Source: Octopus sinensis
Lineage: Eukaryota
Direction of reading: 5' to 3'
Length of the DNA stretch: 64,000 nt
Assembly (NCBI RefSeq): GCF_006345805.1
Contig: NC_043005.1
Coordinates: forward strand, 47,988,001-48,052,000
Shown one piece after another: positions 25,813 through 38,404 of this stretch. Position 1 is the stretch's first letter, and every line of letters starts with the position of its first letter. Below the pieces are notes generated by a model that saw only the letters and a list, made by a program, of their open reading frames with translations, was not told the origin of the DNA and did no database searches. A program made the position numbers and the translations under genes.

Positions 25813-25925
25813 TCCACGGACGTACGTTCGAAATCAAGTTTTAAGGAAAGCATAAGAACTAAATATTAAATATTAAATAATAAATAATTCTATCTTACCG
25901 AAACTTCTTTTCTCTTCAGCGTAGA
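25813..25925 (-). ncRNA. HHR array copy 3 (GAAAC reads GAAC)
   Basis: Same 1-nt deletion as copy 2. Confidence 0.7.
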
Positions 25926-26048
25926 ATACTATAATCATAAATGATTCGGTGATACCAGTTGCGGATTCTAGCTCGCTCTGATACTGAGTGGAGTTGGTGC
26001 CTTCTGGTATCTCAAAATTCAATATATAATCATTTATGATTATAGTAT

Positions 26049-26161
26049 TCTACGCTGAAGAGAAAAGAAGTTTCGGTAAGATAGAATTATTTATTATTTA
26101 ATATTTAATATTAGTTCTTATGCTTTCCTTAAAACTTGATTTCGAAACGTACGTCCGTGGA
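26049..26161 (+). ncRNA. HHR in the inverted arm (intact core)
   Basis: TCTACG 26049-54, CTGAAGA 26055-61, GAAAC 26144-48, GTAC, GTC 26153-55, CGTGGA 26156-61. Confidence 0.85.
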
Positions 26162-26446
26162 TAACTAAAAAAATGTATGATAGATTGCAGTCAATTCATT
26201 CTCTCTTACCTGTTTGTGTCTGCCTTCCAAATGCTGTTTTTACTGAGATCTCCCTTTTTAGTAGAAGAAATAGCTATAACCCTTTGACTGCTATTTCTAA
26301 ATTCGGTATGTGGTAAGGCAACTCGTTGCTAAACCCTTATTGCTTAGTATTACTTAAATTTTCCTCGAATGAGGCTTTTACATGCCGAAGACTACTTGGT
26401 GTAATTGATAATTTTTCCAAATTAATTAATTTCACCCTTCATTATT

Positions 26447-26481
<35 letters not shown>

Positions 26482-27063
26482 GGTATGTGTGTATGTGTGT
26501 GTGTGTGTGTGTATTTATATATATATTTATATGAATGTATGTATGTGTATTTATATATACACATACATGCGTACACATGAATATGTACACACAAATACTG
26601 TGGTGCCTGTTCTTTCTGCCAGCCAGCACAAATGTACATTATGCAATAAAATGTGCAAATTTTTTGGCAGGGTTCAAGATTCATATAAAGGCCTCACATT
26701 GCATTATCACATTATCAATGACTCATTTCAATGATTATATATATATATATATATATGTATATAGGGAGAGAGAGAGAGAGAGACACACACACAGAGGGAG
26801 GGCTGGCTAGCTTCAAAATTTTTGTGTACCAAAGTACCAATATTACACACAAGATTTTTGGTTAATCAGAATCTTTGGTACATACATGACACTAACTCAA
26901 GGTGTCAAATACTAGTATATTGAAGCCTGAATCACTTAACCACAAGCTCTCTTCTCAAGAGCTTGAACATCTTTGCTTCATTCAATCTAATTCAGTGGTC
27001 CCAACATTTTTGTCTTACTAGATGCAGATGTGTATTTGGGTTAAGAAAATTGCTTCACAACAG

Positions 27064-27588
27064 TACTGTAAATCCTCGAGTATAGTGTGCCCTTGAATAT
27101 AATACACAGGGGATTTTTAGGGGGCTGTAGCTCTGAAAAACCTAAACCTTGTGTGAATATATGCACCCCTTCTCTAACTTTAGTCAAGGAGGTCTATATA
27201 ACGTCCTTGGTTTGTAAAAATGTATACGGTAACATCCTTTATATATATAATATATATATGTATATATAACGTAATGCAAACATGTAGATTTTTTGTGCCT
27301 TTTTTGGGCAGAAAATAAAGAAATAACAGTAATAATGTTTAATAAATGTTGCATACTGCATGTTACAGATGATTCTTTTATGACTTCATTGCTTTCTGGC
27401 TTAGCTTAGGGTATTTTCGCGCCAGACATCACAAAATGCACCTGAATAAACATTGCCGGATGGCAAATAGAGACTCAGACATTGCTTAGAAAAGTTTTCA
27501 TTTTTAAACTCGTATATAGTATGCACTAGGGATTTTGACCTTAAAATTTTGGGGAAAAAATGCGGATTATACTCAAGGATTTACGGTA
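27064..27588. mobile_element. pogo/Tigger-like MITE
   Basis: TA-ctgtaaatcctcgagtata ... tatactcaaggatttacgg-TA terminal inverted repeats; no ORF. Confidence 0.75.
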
Positions 27589-28223
27589 TATTCCTACTGT
27601 GGGTGAATGCATAGTGCAATTATCTATGTGGAAGTGTCTTTTACCAAAGTTCCTGAATGATCAGTGCTGTCTGAATAGAATTTGAGAAGCTGGACCTATG
27701 AAACAGATTGTTATATTTGCTTTTATTGTGTGTGTGTGTATGTATGCAGGTATGAATATGTATATGTATGATGATGTATCCATATATGTTTATGTGTGTG
27801 TATTTATTATTTTTTATGTATTTATTAAAACTCTTCCCACCAGAAATAAGCAGGTTTCTAACAAAGAAATAAAACTCTGTGACTGGGAGTTTGATGAAAC
27901 AATAGTAATAAGCATTACTTGTTGTAGTTCAGAAGTCTTGTATCTTTAAAGTTTGATTAACTAGTCTCTTCCTTAGCCGGAAAATTCCAGCCTTCCCACA
28001 TTGTCACATACACATTTACTAACATAAGCGCACCAATAATTATTGCTATAAATATGAACTTATAATAAAAGAAAGTTTCGATGCAGGTGTCCATAATGTT
28101 AACAAGCAGCATAATGTCATAAAATAGTGAAAGTAACTAGCCCTTAAAAAATGAAAGTATATTGGGATAGAACTCAGATGTGATAAAAGTGACATCCTGT
28201 AATTTCATGCAAACAATGTAGAC

Positions 28224-28633
28224 GTAGGTGTGGCTGTGTGGTAAGTAACTTGCTTACCAACCACATGGTTCTGGGTTCAGTCCCACTGCGTGGCACCTTG
28301 GACATGTGTCTTTTACTATAGCCTCAAGCCAACCAAAGCCTTGTGAGTGGATTTGGTAGATGGAAACTGAAAGAAACCTGCCATATATATGTATGTATGT
28401 ATGTGTGTGTATATGTTTGTGTATCTGTGTTTGTCCCCCTGACATCACTTGACAACCGATGCTGGTGTATTTACGTCCCTGTAACTTAGTGATTCGGCAA
28501 CAGAAACCAATAGAATAAGTACTAGGCTTACAAAGAATAAGTCTTGGGGTCAATTTTCTCGACTAAAACTGGTGCTCCAGAATGGCCACAGTCAAATGAC
28601 TGAAACAAGTAAAAGAGTAAAAAGAGAAAGAGA
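28224..28633 (+). mobile_element. Full-length tRNA-derived SINE (family A)
   Basis: Head gtaggtgtggctgtgtggtaag...gggttcagtcccactg, internal microsatellite, 3' ...gactgaaacaagtaaaagagtaaaaagag. Confidence 0.85.
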
Positions 28634-29599
28634 GTAAAGAGATATACAAATGGATCCAATACCTAAACGTTCATATATTTAATATAACATGGAAATTTTA
28701 TGTAAATTTTATATAAGATGAAAGCACATGTTTACAGGAAAGCATAAGTTATTGAAGCATGAAATGAGATTCAGGAATAGTTTTTCTTGATCTCTAAATT
28801 TATTTTGCCATACATCACAACACATGAAGATATGATGTAAAAAATTTTATCACTAGACCCACATTATTGCCTAAGTTTCTCCTCCATAAGCACCTGTCGA
28901 CCTTCAATAGTTTGTGTATGGATGCTGTCATCATTTGGATAAACAAAATTGAGTGAATGGTTGGCAACTTCATGAATAAAGAAGTTATCAAGACCTACAT
29001 AAGAAGCGCACTTATCGGATATCAAATGTATTTTATAAAATTTTATTATGTCATCGTCATCGCTTCCAGTTTCTATCGCAATATATCTTCATTTTTAAAG
29101 GCAATTTCCTTTCACTATTTTACGATGGTAAGCTGCATGTTAACCAACCATAAATATTCTCTTTGCTGATTTTGAAAGATATATTCATAACTGTTGGGTA
29201 GCTGATCACATTGACTACCCATGGCTTTTTTCTTCTTTTTTTATTTTTGTCTTCTGTCTCAACTATATCAGTTCAGTTACATCTACCCTTATAAAATTTT
29301 TATATTTACACACACACACACACACACACACATATATTTACTACTCATATACATTGTTCAGCATTTAATTTGGTGAAAATGTAAAATATCCATGAGGTGA
29401 CCTAAAGACTAGTACTTTTGAATAAAAATTCCTCGTCATATTCATTCTATCCAAATTAGATAGACAATTCCTTGACATCTTCAACAATTCAAATGCAGTA
29501 AATCATTGATTAACATGTTGGAAACCTATAACAACAATAGAAAATAAATAAATAAATTACCAACAAGACAATCTCAACAGTTATACGGCTACTTTCTGT

Positions 29600-29915
29600 T
29601 ATAGTTGTGTGAAAAAGCCCCGATATTTTAAATGGTATTTACTATTTTATTTCCTGTATAGTATCACTCACCAAAATTTCAATACTACTTTCTTTGATAT
29701 TTTATTTTCAAAAGTTTGTTTTTCACTAGAACATCTATGTTTATAGCATATTAATGCATGTCCGAAATACTTGTGGAAAAGTGTAGTTGTGTGTAAACGT
29801 TCATATGTATGCATGTGCCTGCATTTATACATGTGTATGTATGAATATGTTTGTGCGTCACCATCCACAATAAATCCTTACATATTTTAATAGAATTGGA
29901 GTGGAATACTTAAAC
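29600..29915. repeat. Unclassified dispersed repeat; direct copy at 32908-33215
   Basis: gttgtgtgaaaaagc...tagtatcactcaccaaaatttcaatactac...cttaaaccatagt is present at both sites. Confidence 0.8.
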
Positions 29916-30109
29916 CATAGTGCCTATAATAGCATAACAATTAAAATCCTTTTGAATGAGGTTTATTCATGAAAAGATTTTAAGCAAAACATGAAGCATG
30001 ATATAATGATTTTTGTTGCTGTTACTGTTAAGAATTACCATATTTTGGTTTCCTGAAATGTTCTAAAAGCAACTAGTAGTAAGGCATCTGCTATTCATAC
30101 AACGCATTC

Positions 30110-30540
30110 AATAAATTGACATCATGCTGCAAGGACATACAAACACATTTACATCACAGTAAAACTTGCACAGATATTTATAACAATACCTTTCAAAGTC
30201 AACACGTTACAAAAGCAACAAACTCCAAACCCTCTGCAACAACCCACCACATACCTTATGCTTTACACAAACTCAGCTCTTTGACAATTAACTACAAAAT
30301 CTATGGTTTACTCGCAGCACAATACAAAAATACACATTATTTGTAATGCAGTAAAGAAACATGCAGTACATTTACAAATTTTGCAATACACTAAAGCGAC
30401 GAAACATTTGCAACACTTTATAAACCACAAAGTTTTACAAGTCATTGAAATATGAGACAACCAAGGGTGTCTCTATGTCACTACTTGAATTGCTAAAAAG
30501 TAATAGCTAAATTTCCCTCAAACCATATTTGATGTCACAT
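30110..30540. repeat. Unclassified dispersed repeat, copy 2 of 23300-23830
   Basis: Direct alignment by eye. Confidence 0.8.
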
Positions 30541-30580
30541 TTTATGTTAGGGAAAAAGAAACATAGAATGTGATCTTATA

Positions 30581-31819
30581 TATAGGGTGTACCAAAATAA
30601 AGGCAACCAACGTTTTTAAATTTTGTCTGAGCTTTGCAATGCAGGAAATACAATGATGACACTAACACATTTATTTAATATGACCACTTCTGTTTCGAAT
30701 CACATCCTTAAGTCTAGGTGCAAATGCTTCACATGTGACACACAGCTGTTCTTGCAGAATCAAAGCCCATTCCTGATGCAGTTTTGCCTGCAGAACGTCA
30801 AGCAAAGCATGAGGAGTGCTCGAGACCCTCGTCTCCAAAATGGACCAAACAGAAAAATCCAATGGGTTGAGATTGGGACTTCTTGAGGGCCATATATCCT
30901 TTCCTATGAATGATGGAATGTTTTTCTGGATCCAGTATTGTATCTGTTTGGTGCTGTGGGATAGTACCAAGAGCTGTTGGAGGCTCCATGGTGCGCCTTG
31001 AAAGTTCTCATTCACTCATGGAAACAGTTCAGCTTCCAGAATGTTGCTAAAGTATTGCTAGGTGTTAATTTTAACACCTGAAAGCACAAAACTGAGGGGT
31101 AACCTTCTAGTGGTTGTCACAGCCACACAAATATTAAGTGACAGTGGATTTTGGTATCGATTTACAAGTTTACCCTTGATGGAACCAGATACACTCCGAA
31201 GTCGATCATTCTGGTGGTTTATTGTCAGTTTGATGTCAAATTTCTTATCATCAGTGAACACCAGGATGGGCAGCATACCTTCAGCAATCTGACACAGGAT
31301 AAAACGATTCCTCTCCCATCTTGTGGCCTTATAAACTTGCACATGCTCATGACGATGGATCATCATGTAAGGGTGGGTCCTGAAATCCTTCTTCAGCATT
31401 CTATACATCGATGTTTGTCTTGTTTTTACTGTGGCAGTCAGTTTTCTGAAGGAAACATGAGGATTTTGTCATATCTTTTCTCTGGTACTTTTTTCTAAGC
31501 TGAGGGGCTTGCACATTTCTTTTTCGGCCACATTCAGGTAAATCAGCACTGGAACCAGTCTCTTGAAAATTTCTTGACAATTTTCCAGACTATTGTTCGG
31601 TTAATTTTAAGCTTTTTCCATCTCCTTTGTGGAAGATTATGATTGTATTTCGGTCTGTAACCATTATCTAATTTATAAATCTGAATTTATTTAGTCTGAA
31701 ATGAAAAGAAGACACACTAAGCTTTTATAATGATGTATAATTTTCATATTTTATCAAATTTATTGACAGCTTTTAAAGCCCAAAACTTTGGTTGCCTTAA
31801 TTTTGGGACACCTTGTGTA
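30581..31819 (-). mobile_element. Degenerate Tc1/mariner-superfamily transposon (probably maT/DD37D-like)
   Basis: TIRs tagggtgtaccaaaataaaggcaaccaa / ttggttgccttaattttgggacaccttg. Broken transposase with VFTDDKKF and WPSRSPNLNPLDFSVWSILE. Confidence 0.85.
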
Positions 31820-31832
31820 TATATATATAGAT

Positions 31833-32205
31833 ATATAATATTATTAGAGACAAAACCACTATTTTGCAAAACAAACAAGGAAAGACTTAATCAATACATA
31901 AAATTTTAATAAAAAGTCAAAAAAACCGCCACTACAATTGTTTCTTGTCCTGATCGACAATCTTCAGGTGGACTTCCAATTTTCAAGTCAGTTTCAAATT
32001 ATGAAGAAACAATTGTAGTGGCGGTTTTTTTGACTTTTTATTAAAATTTTATGTATTGATTAAGTCTTTCCTTGTTTGTTTTGCAAAATAGTGGTTTTGT
32101 CTCTAATAATATTATATAATATTTTACTATAAAATTGGATTTAATCCTAAATCTGATTTTTTCCCTGTAAATTTGGATTTATTCCCTAATATTTATTATA
32201 TATAG
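31833..32205. mobile_element. Perfect 114-bp-arm hairpin element carrying an HHR (Penelope inverted pseudo-LTR-like)
   Basis: 31833-31946 is the exact reverse complement of 32004-32117, with a 57-nt spacer and an ~90-nt tail; (TA)n flanks. Confidence 0.85.
31929..31971 (-). ncRNA. Compact type I hammerhead ribozyme (intact core)
   Basis: CCAC-CTGAAGA-TTGTC-GATCAG-GACAA-GAAAC-AATT-GTA^GTGG. All three stems are Watson-Crick; CAATTG palindrome in stem III. Confidence 0.9.
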
Positions 32206-32574
32206 ATATATATATATACATATATACATTATATCTATCCATATGAAAATTTACTTTCTCCACTAAGAGAATTATTTTTTAGGTTACCAATACCTTTTTA
32301 TCATACATTATTTACGAATTTATCATATCCGTATGAATATATGTAAGCAAATGATCGTTATAAGAATTACTTCATTAAACGGAGTTCAATAAATGTCATC
32401 AAATAAAATGAAATTAAGCAAATTTTGTTCTTAATGATGGATTATACATTCATTCAATAATCTCAGACAGCTGTTTCAGTCAAAAGACCATGATATCATC
32501 AAAGAAATAATGCATACACACACACATATATATACACATACACACACATATATACACACATAGATATATATAAA

Positions 32575-32745
32575 CATTTTTTATTTCTCTCCTTGTTTAT
32601 TTCTGTGTTCCTTTCTGTTGAAGAACGCAGGCTCAAAACGTAAAAGACTTTCTCACTTCCCAAGTGTTAAACTAATACATCTGTTTGTTGTTTACACACC
32701 TGTCTTCATCGTTTGTCTTTTTGTAAATTCTCTTTTTGTAAATAT
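32575..32745 (+). repeat. Family P-a element with a degenerate HHR-like motif (32611-32646)
   Basis: CTTT-CTGTTGA-A-GAAC-GCAG-GCTC-AAAACGT-A-AAAG: same architecture as 11552-11586 but with core substitutions. Confidence 0.6.
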
Positions 32746-33504
32746 ATATATATTTAAAACATCCCTGAAAATCAAAAATATACTCTTATAAAATATACTC
32801 TTATCCATAAGATAAGCAATTGATAAACTACAGAATAAACTAGAAGACAGTCTGTTATAGACACAATATTTATATTATTTATAAACAAGTTGTTAAAGCA
32901 TTATTTAGGTAGTTGTGTGAAAAAGCTCCGATAGTTTAGACGGTATTTACTATTTTATTTCCTATATAGTATCACTCACCAAAATTTCAATACTACTTTT
33001 CTTTGATATTTTATTTTCAAAAGTTTGTTTTTCACTAGAAGTTCTATGTCTATGGCATATTAATGCATGCCCGAAATACTTGTGGAAAAGTGTAGTGTGT
33101 GAACGTTCATATGTATGCATGTGCTTGCATGTATGAATGTGTTTGTGCATCACTATCCACAATAAATCCTCACATATGATAATAGAACTGAAGTGGAATC
33201 CTTAAACCATAGTCCCCTAGCTATGATTTTCTTAAAGCATACAACATACGTTTTTCTTTCAGTGCTTTATCAATAATTTTATTAACATGGTGACAAGTTG
33301 GAGAGAAGCATAAAATTGTATAAAGCTCCTTCTAGAGTATGGGTTCAATTTGAGTGTTCACTTCTTCGAAAGTGTGTAAATGAATAGTAAAGAAAGGTGT
33401 CTTTCTCAAGCTGCTTCATCCCATCCAATAACTTCCTCTAGAACTAACTCTATACTACCTCAAGTGTTAAACACTTCAGAAGAGATATATTTTCTTAAGG
33501 AATT

Positions 33505-34070
33505 TATATACTCTTTTACTTGTTTCAGTCATTTGACTGCGGCCATGCTGGAGCACCACCTTTAGTCGAGCAAATCAACCCCAGGACTTATTCTTTGTAA
33601 GCCTAGTACTTATTCTATCAGTCTCTTTTGCTGAGCCGCTATTTTTTATGTTTATTTCTTCTCTTTTACTCTTTTACTCTTTTACTTGTTTCAGTCATCA
33701 GACTGCAGCCATGCTAGAGCACCACCTTTAGTCGAGCAAATCGACCCCAGGAATTATTCTTTGTAGGCCTAGTACTTATTCTATCAGTCTCTTTTGCTGA
33801 GCCACTAAGTTACAGGGATGTAAACACACCAGCATCGGTTGTCAAGCGATGTTGGGGGGACAAACACAGACACACATACATATACACACACATACATATA
33901 TATACATATATACGACGGGCTTCTTTCAGTTTCCGTCTACCAAATCCACTCACAAGGGTTTGGTTGACCTGAGGCTATAGTAGAAGACACTTGCCCAAGG
34001 TACCATGCAGTGGGAATGAACCCTGAACCATGTGGTTTGTAATCAAGCTACTTACCACACAGCCACTCCT
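33505..34070 (-). mobile_element. tRNA-derived SINE (family A) with a duplicated 3' segment
   Basis: ttttacttgtttcagtcat...agtacttattctatcagtctcttttgctgagcc occurs twice (about 33512 and 33680); head at about 33910-34070. Confidence 0.8.
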
Positions 34071-34921
34071 TCAAATTTTTTCAGCATGGTCATGTCATTA
34101 AGAAGCTTGTAGTTCTATTTCCATTTCCATTCTGAAGTACTTTTGGAGGGTATTTTCCACCATAACATTGACTGGAAGAAAGATGCATTAGATTAGATAC
34201 ACTGTCTCACAAAAAACGATGAAATGGTTATACTGGAACAAGTTTCATTTATGTCTAGTTCTAGATCAAACATGATCTGGATTTAAACAACAACAACAAC
34301 AACAACAACAACGGCAACACCAGCAGCTGAAGCAGTGGACATGTAAACGTAGATGTAATGAAATACTTTAATATACAGATTCTTTGAAATCATACGTTGA
34401 ATGAATAATCAACCAAGGAAGATATCCAATTCTTTCTTTTTTTGCTTTTGATATTTCCATTACAGAAAAAAAATTGATTGTTAGAGTTATTATTAACAAT
34501 ATGATGGAAAAAGATATTGCTTTTATATTTTAGATGAAACAGTAAAATTATTGTCTAAATTTTGTTGTAATTAATTGAACAGCAAAACATAACTAGAAGG
34601 ATTTCTAAATTAAATGAAAGCATATCACGTTCTAAAATATCAAAACTTTTGAAGATAAACAGCACTTTTAGTGGAAATGACTTAGCCCTTTTCATTAGAT
34701 GAAACATTCACGAGTAAAGAATCTTGTAAAACTAATTAAATATGAATGAAATGGTAACTATAATTTGTCAGGCGACTTGTCAGAATTCTTTAGCTTAAAG
34801 ACAATATCTGAAAAATTGGTAATACAAAAACATCTGTCTGATTGTACCTCATCGTGCTTATGGTGTGTTACAAATTATATGTGATGTGTGATGGCGTATG
34901 CTGTATATTTGAGTTGAAATA

Positions 34922-34952
<31 letters not shown>

Positions 34953-35090
34953 GTTTAACATCTGCTTTCCATGCTAGCATGGGTTGGATGGTTCAACTGG
35001 GGTCTGTGAAGCTAGGAGGCTGCACCAGGCCAAGTCTGATCTGGAAGTGTTTCTACAGCTGGATGCCCTTCCTAATGCCAATCACTCTGA
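34922..35090 (-). mobile_element. RTE LINE 3'-end fragment
   Basis: (CAT)n tail followed by cgtttaacatctgctttccatgctagcatgggttggatgg. Confidence 0.75.
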
Positions 35091-38000
35091 AATTATTTTT
35101 TTATTGAATCCAAAGAAATTAAGTTCTAGAGTTGTTAGTTCTAAACTAATTAATATCAGTTTTTAATTATGTTTCTGAATGTTGCCAGCCCAATTGTATT
35201 TCACTCCAAGAATTTAATTTAAATACCTGTAGATTCAATTTTAATGTGATTTCATTGACAGGCAAAACAAGAAATAAACTAATGAAATGGGAAGATATCC
35301 ACACAAAAATATAAACTATTTCTATAGACACCATATGTTTTGTAAGATTTATGAAGTTTGATCAAAAAATATCAGGACTGTTGCTATAGTAACAGAGATA
35401 AAGTACACAGAGTGAAGCTGCTTGGCACAAATTGACCTTGAACTCTGTTGTGCATCAGCACTAAGTTATGACATTCTCGCTCATTTCTGTTGTTTACAGC
35501 AGTGCTTGAAAGTAAAGTGTGTAGAGTTTGGTCATCTCAGAAAGAAGATTGTGTTTCAGCTGTGCAGGATTTTGATTGTGTCAAGGAAGATGAAATCATT
35601 TTGAAAACGGTCATAACAGGTGAAGAATCATGAGTCTACGACTACAACCCTAAAATCAAGGCTCAGCCTTTGATTTGGAAGATTCCAACGAGATTTCAAG
35701 ATATCAAGGAAATCAAAGAGAATACAAATGAGACAGCTGCTTGCTATCTCCACAAAAATCAATCAGTTCCAGGTATTCTTCTATCATTGGAAATGATGCT
35801 GAATAAAGTGTGTAACCTCAAAAGAGAACTACTCCAATGAGATGATTAAATGCCAAATTGACATGTGTTGTAGTTACCTTTTTATAGTACCAATCCTGAT
35901 ACTTTTTGATTAGACCTTGAAAATATTAGGAGTCCATCCTCACAATAAAACACTGCTAGAAACCCTAATTTAATACTTCTACTTAAATGCATCCAACTGG
36001 AGCAACATCGGAAAGCAGGTGTAGATATGTGGTTAACAAGTTTGCTTCACAACTCCATGGTTTGGGGCACAATCCTACTGCACAGCCTCTTGGGTAAGTG
36101 TGATTTATCATAGTCTTGGGTTGATGAAAGCCTTGTGAGTGAAGTTTAAACAATAGAAACTTCATGGAAGATTGCCAAAGTGATGGTCCTTACAGTTTGG
36201 CTGACAGATCTAATTTGTTGTTGGGTTTTGAGACTGCTGCCTTTATTGAAACCCATTCTGTTGGCAGCACACAGACCAGACGATTGATCAGAGCACTTGA
36301 ATGTAGATCATGGGGGATGTCCTTTTTCCTCTGACTAGGCCAACAGAATAAAATAGTTGCACTTCTGGTGGTAGAGTGTTGACTTCTGGTAGCAGAGTCA
36401 TTAAGGCATCAGACTGAATCTCTGGTGGTACTTCTTCTGGTTTTCTGCACTCTGAGCTTAAATCTCACCAAGGTTGTCTTTGTTTTTCGTTCTTCTGAGG
36501 TCAATAAATAAAGTACCAGTCACATACTGAATATATTCTTCTCTCTCTCACTCTCTCATTCGATCCCTTATTCTCTCTCGCTCTCTCTCTCTTGTTCTCT
36601 CTTTCTTGCTTGCTATCTCTCAGCTATGAAGTGAATAGGAAGGGCTGTAGGAGACAACTCACAACTTCATTTTCTCTAGAAATAAAGGCAAGACAAGCTG
36701 AGCAAAATCCTTTTCTTAAAGTAAAACAAATATGTTACAGGAACTGTGTGTATCATGGAAATAGATGAGTGCAATAATCATTAAGAAACATCTTAGATCC
36801 TTTCATTTTTTTTTCTATTTCTATTTCTTAACATAATCCTATCACTAACAACATGGATCAGCCGTTTTCTAATCACTATTAATCATTTGTAATTTGCAAT
36901 ATTTCAAAACAGTAACATATAACTCCTTACATTATTCTGATCTAATAAAGATTGATAAAACTGCTTTGGGTGGTCCAGCTGGTACAATAATACAACAACT
37001 GGACTCAATGTATATAATTAAGAAAAACAAGCGAATCCCTTTATTTTCCTGTCTTCTGTGGGATTAACGGAACATACAGGTACAACAACAATACATGTAC
37101 TAATTTCATTTTTGGTTCTCTATTTATGCTAGCAGATTAATTTTGTGTATGTTTCTCTGCAAGCCGTCAAGTATCTTTGTTTGCTGGTATTTATGGCTTT
37201 GTAATGATACAACAGACAGTAGTTTAATCCTTTTTGATCAAGAAACTTTCATTAATAACATACAGTTAGTTATCTGTCATTGTGGGAGAAAAAAAAAAGA
37301 TGTCCAAGAAGTACTTTGGATTCAGATTCAAAGCGTTTGACTTTGAGACATAATGACTAGTATTGCCAACAATGTAAACAATATGTTGTGATTAAGTCAT
37401 GAAAGATTACAAACAAGAAAAGAAGCAAGAAAGAAGCTGCTGAATGAAGTACAATAAAATCGACATTATTAATGGCATAAGGGTTCAAACCTACAATAAA
37501 ACCAATTGTCATTAAAAAGCCATATGTATATGTGCATGTAGGAGATTATATGGAGCACTGACTATCAAATGTTTAACATCATAGCAGCTAATAAACTCCA
37601 GGTGTATGAATGGCTGATAGGAAAATAACAAGGGTCACCTTTTGTCACTGCACTGCCAAAGATCAGACTCTCTCTCTTTCCACCACTGCATTTTATTTTA
37701 ATTAACATTTATTATAGAATTTAAAATCATCGGCTGTCTTCCTTGTTCTCTATCTCGGCTGTCTTCCTTATCCTTTATCTAACCTGTAAGATAAATTATT
37801 GTTTCTTTCACATTTACTGTTTAAACTTAATTATACAATGATTAAAATTTCTTGTCTCACTAAATAATATATGTCAGTCACCAACTATCAGAGTTGTTGG
37901 CAGCGCAATGGACAGAATGTCTGGAATAAGATGAGTGGGCATGGCTGTTTGCATGCTGGCAATTTTGCACAGCTGGCTGGCTGGCTGGACACTGTATCTA

Positions 38001-38094
38001 TTTTGGTGTGAATACTTTTTGGCACAGGAGACTCAGGTGAGCATGCATGTGCATGAAGAAATATAAACATACATATGAATAAACTGACAGACAG

Positions 38095-38356
38095 GCAGAC
38101 AAACAGATAGATAGATAGATACATACATACATACATACATAGGGAGGTAGACAGATAGATAGATAGGTAGGTAGGTAGGTAGGTAGGTAGGTAGGTAGGT
38201 AGGTAGGTAGATAGATAGATAGATAATTAGATAGACAGATAGATAGATAGATAGATAGATAGATAGCTAGATAGATACATACATACATAGGGAGGTAGAC
38301 AGATAGATAGGTAGGTAGGTAGGTAGGTAGATAGATAGATAGATAATTAGATAGAC

Positions 38357-38404
<48 letters not shown>

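Larger units (their letters stand above)
24421..26451 (-). mobile_element. HHR-bearing tandem array (606 + 602 + 318 bp) with an inverted terminal copy: retrozyme or Penelope pseudo-LTR array
   Basis: The unit aagcaataagggtttagc starts at 24421, 25027 and 25629. 25944-26451 is the reverse complement of a unit-end plus unit-start segment. (TA)n flanks both ends. Confidence 0.85.
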
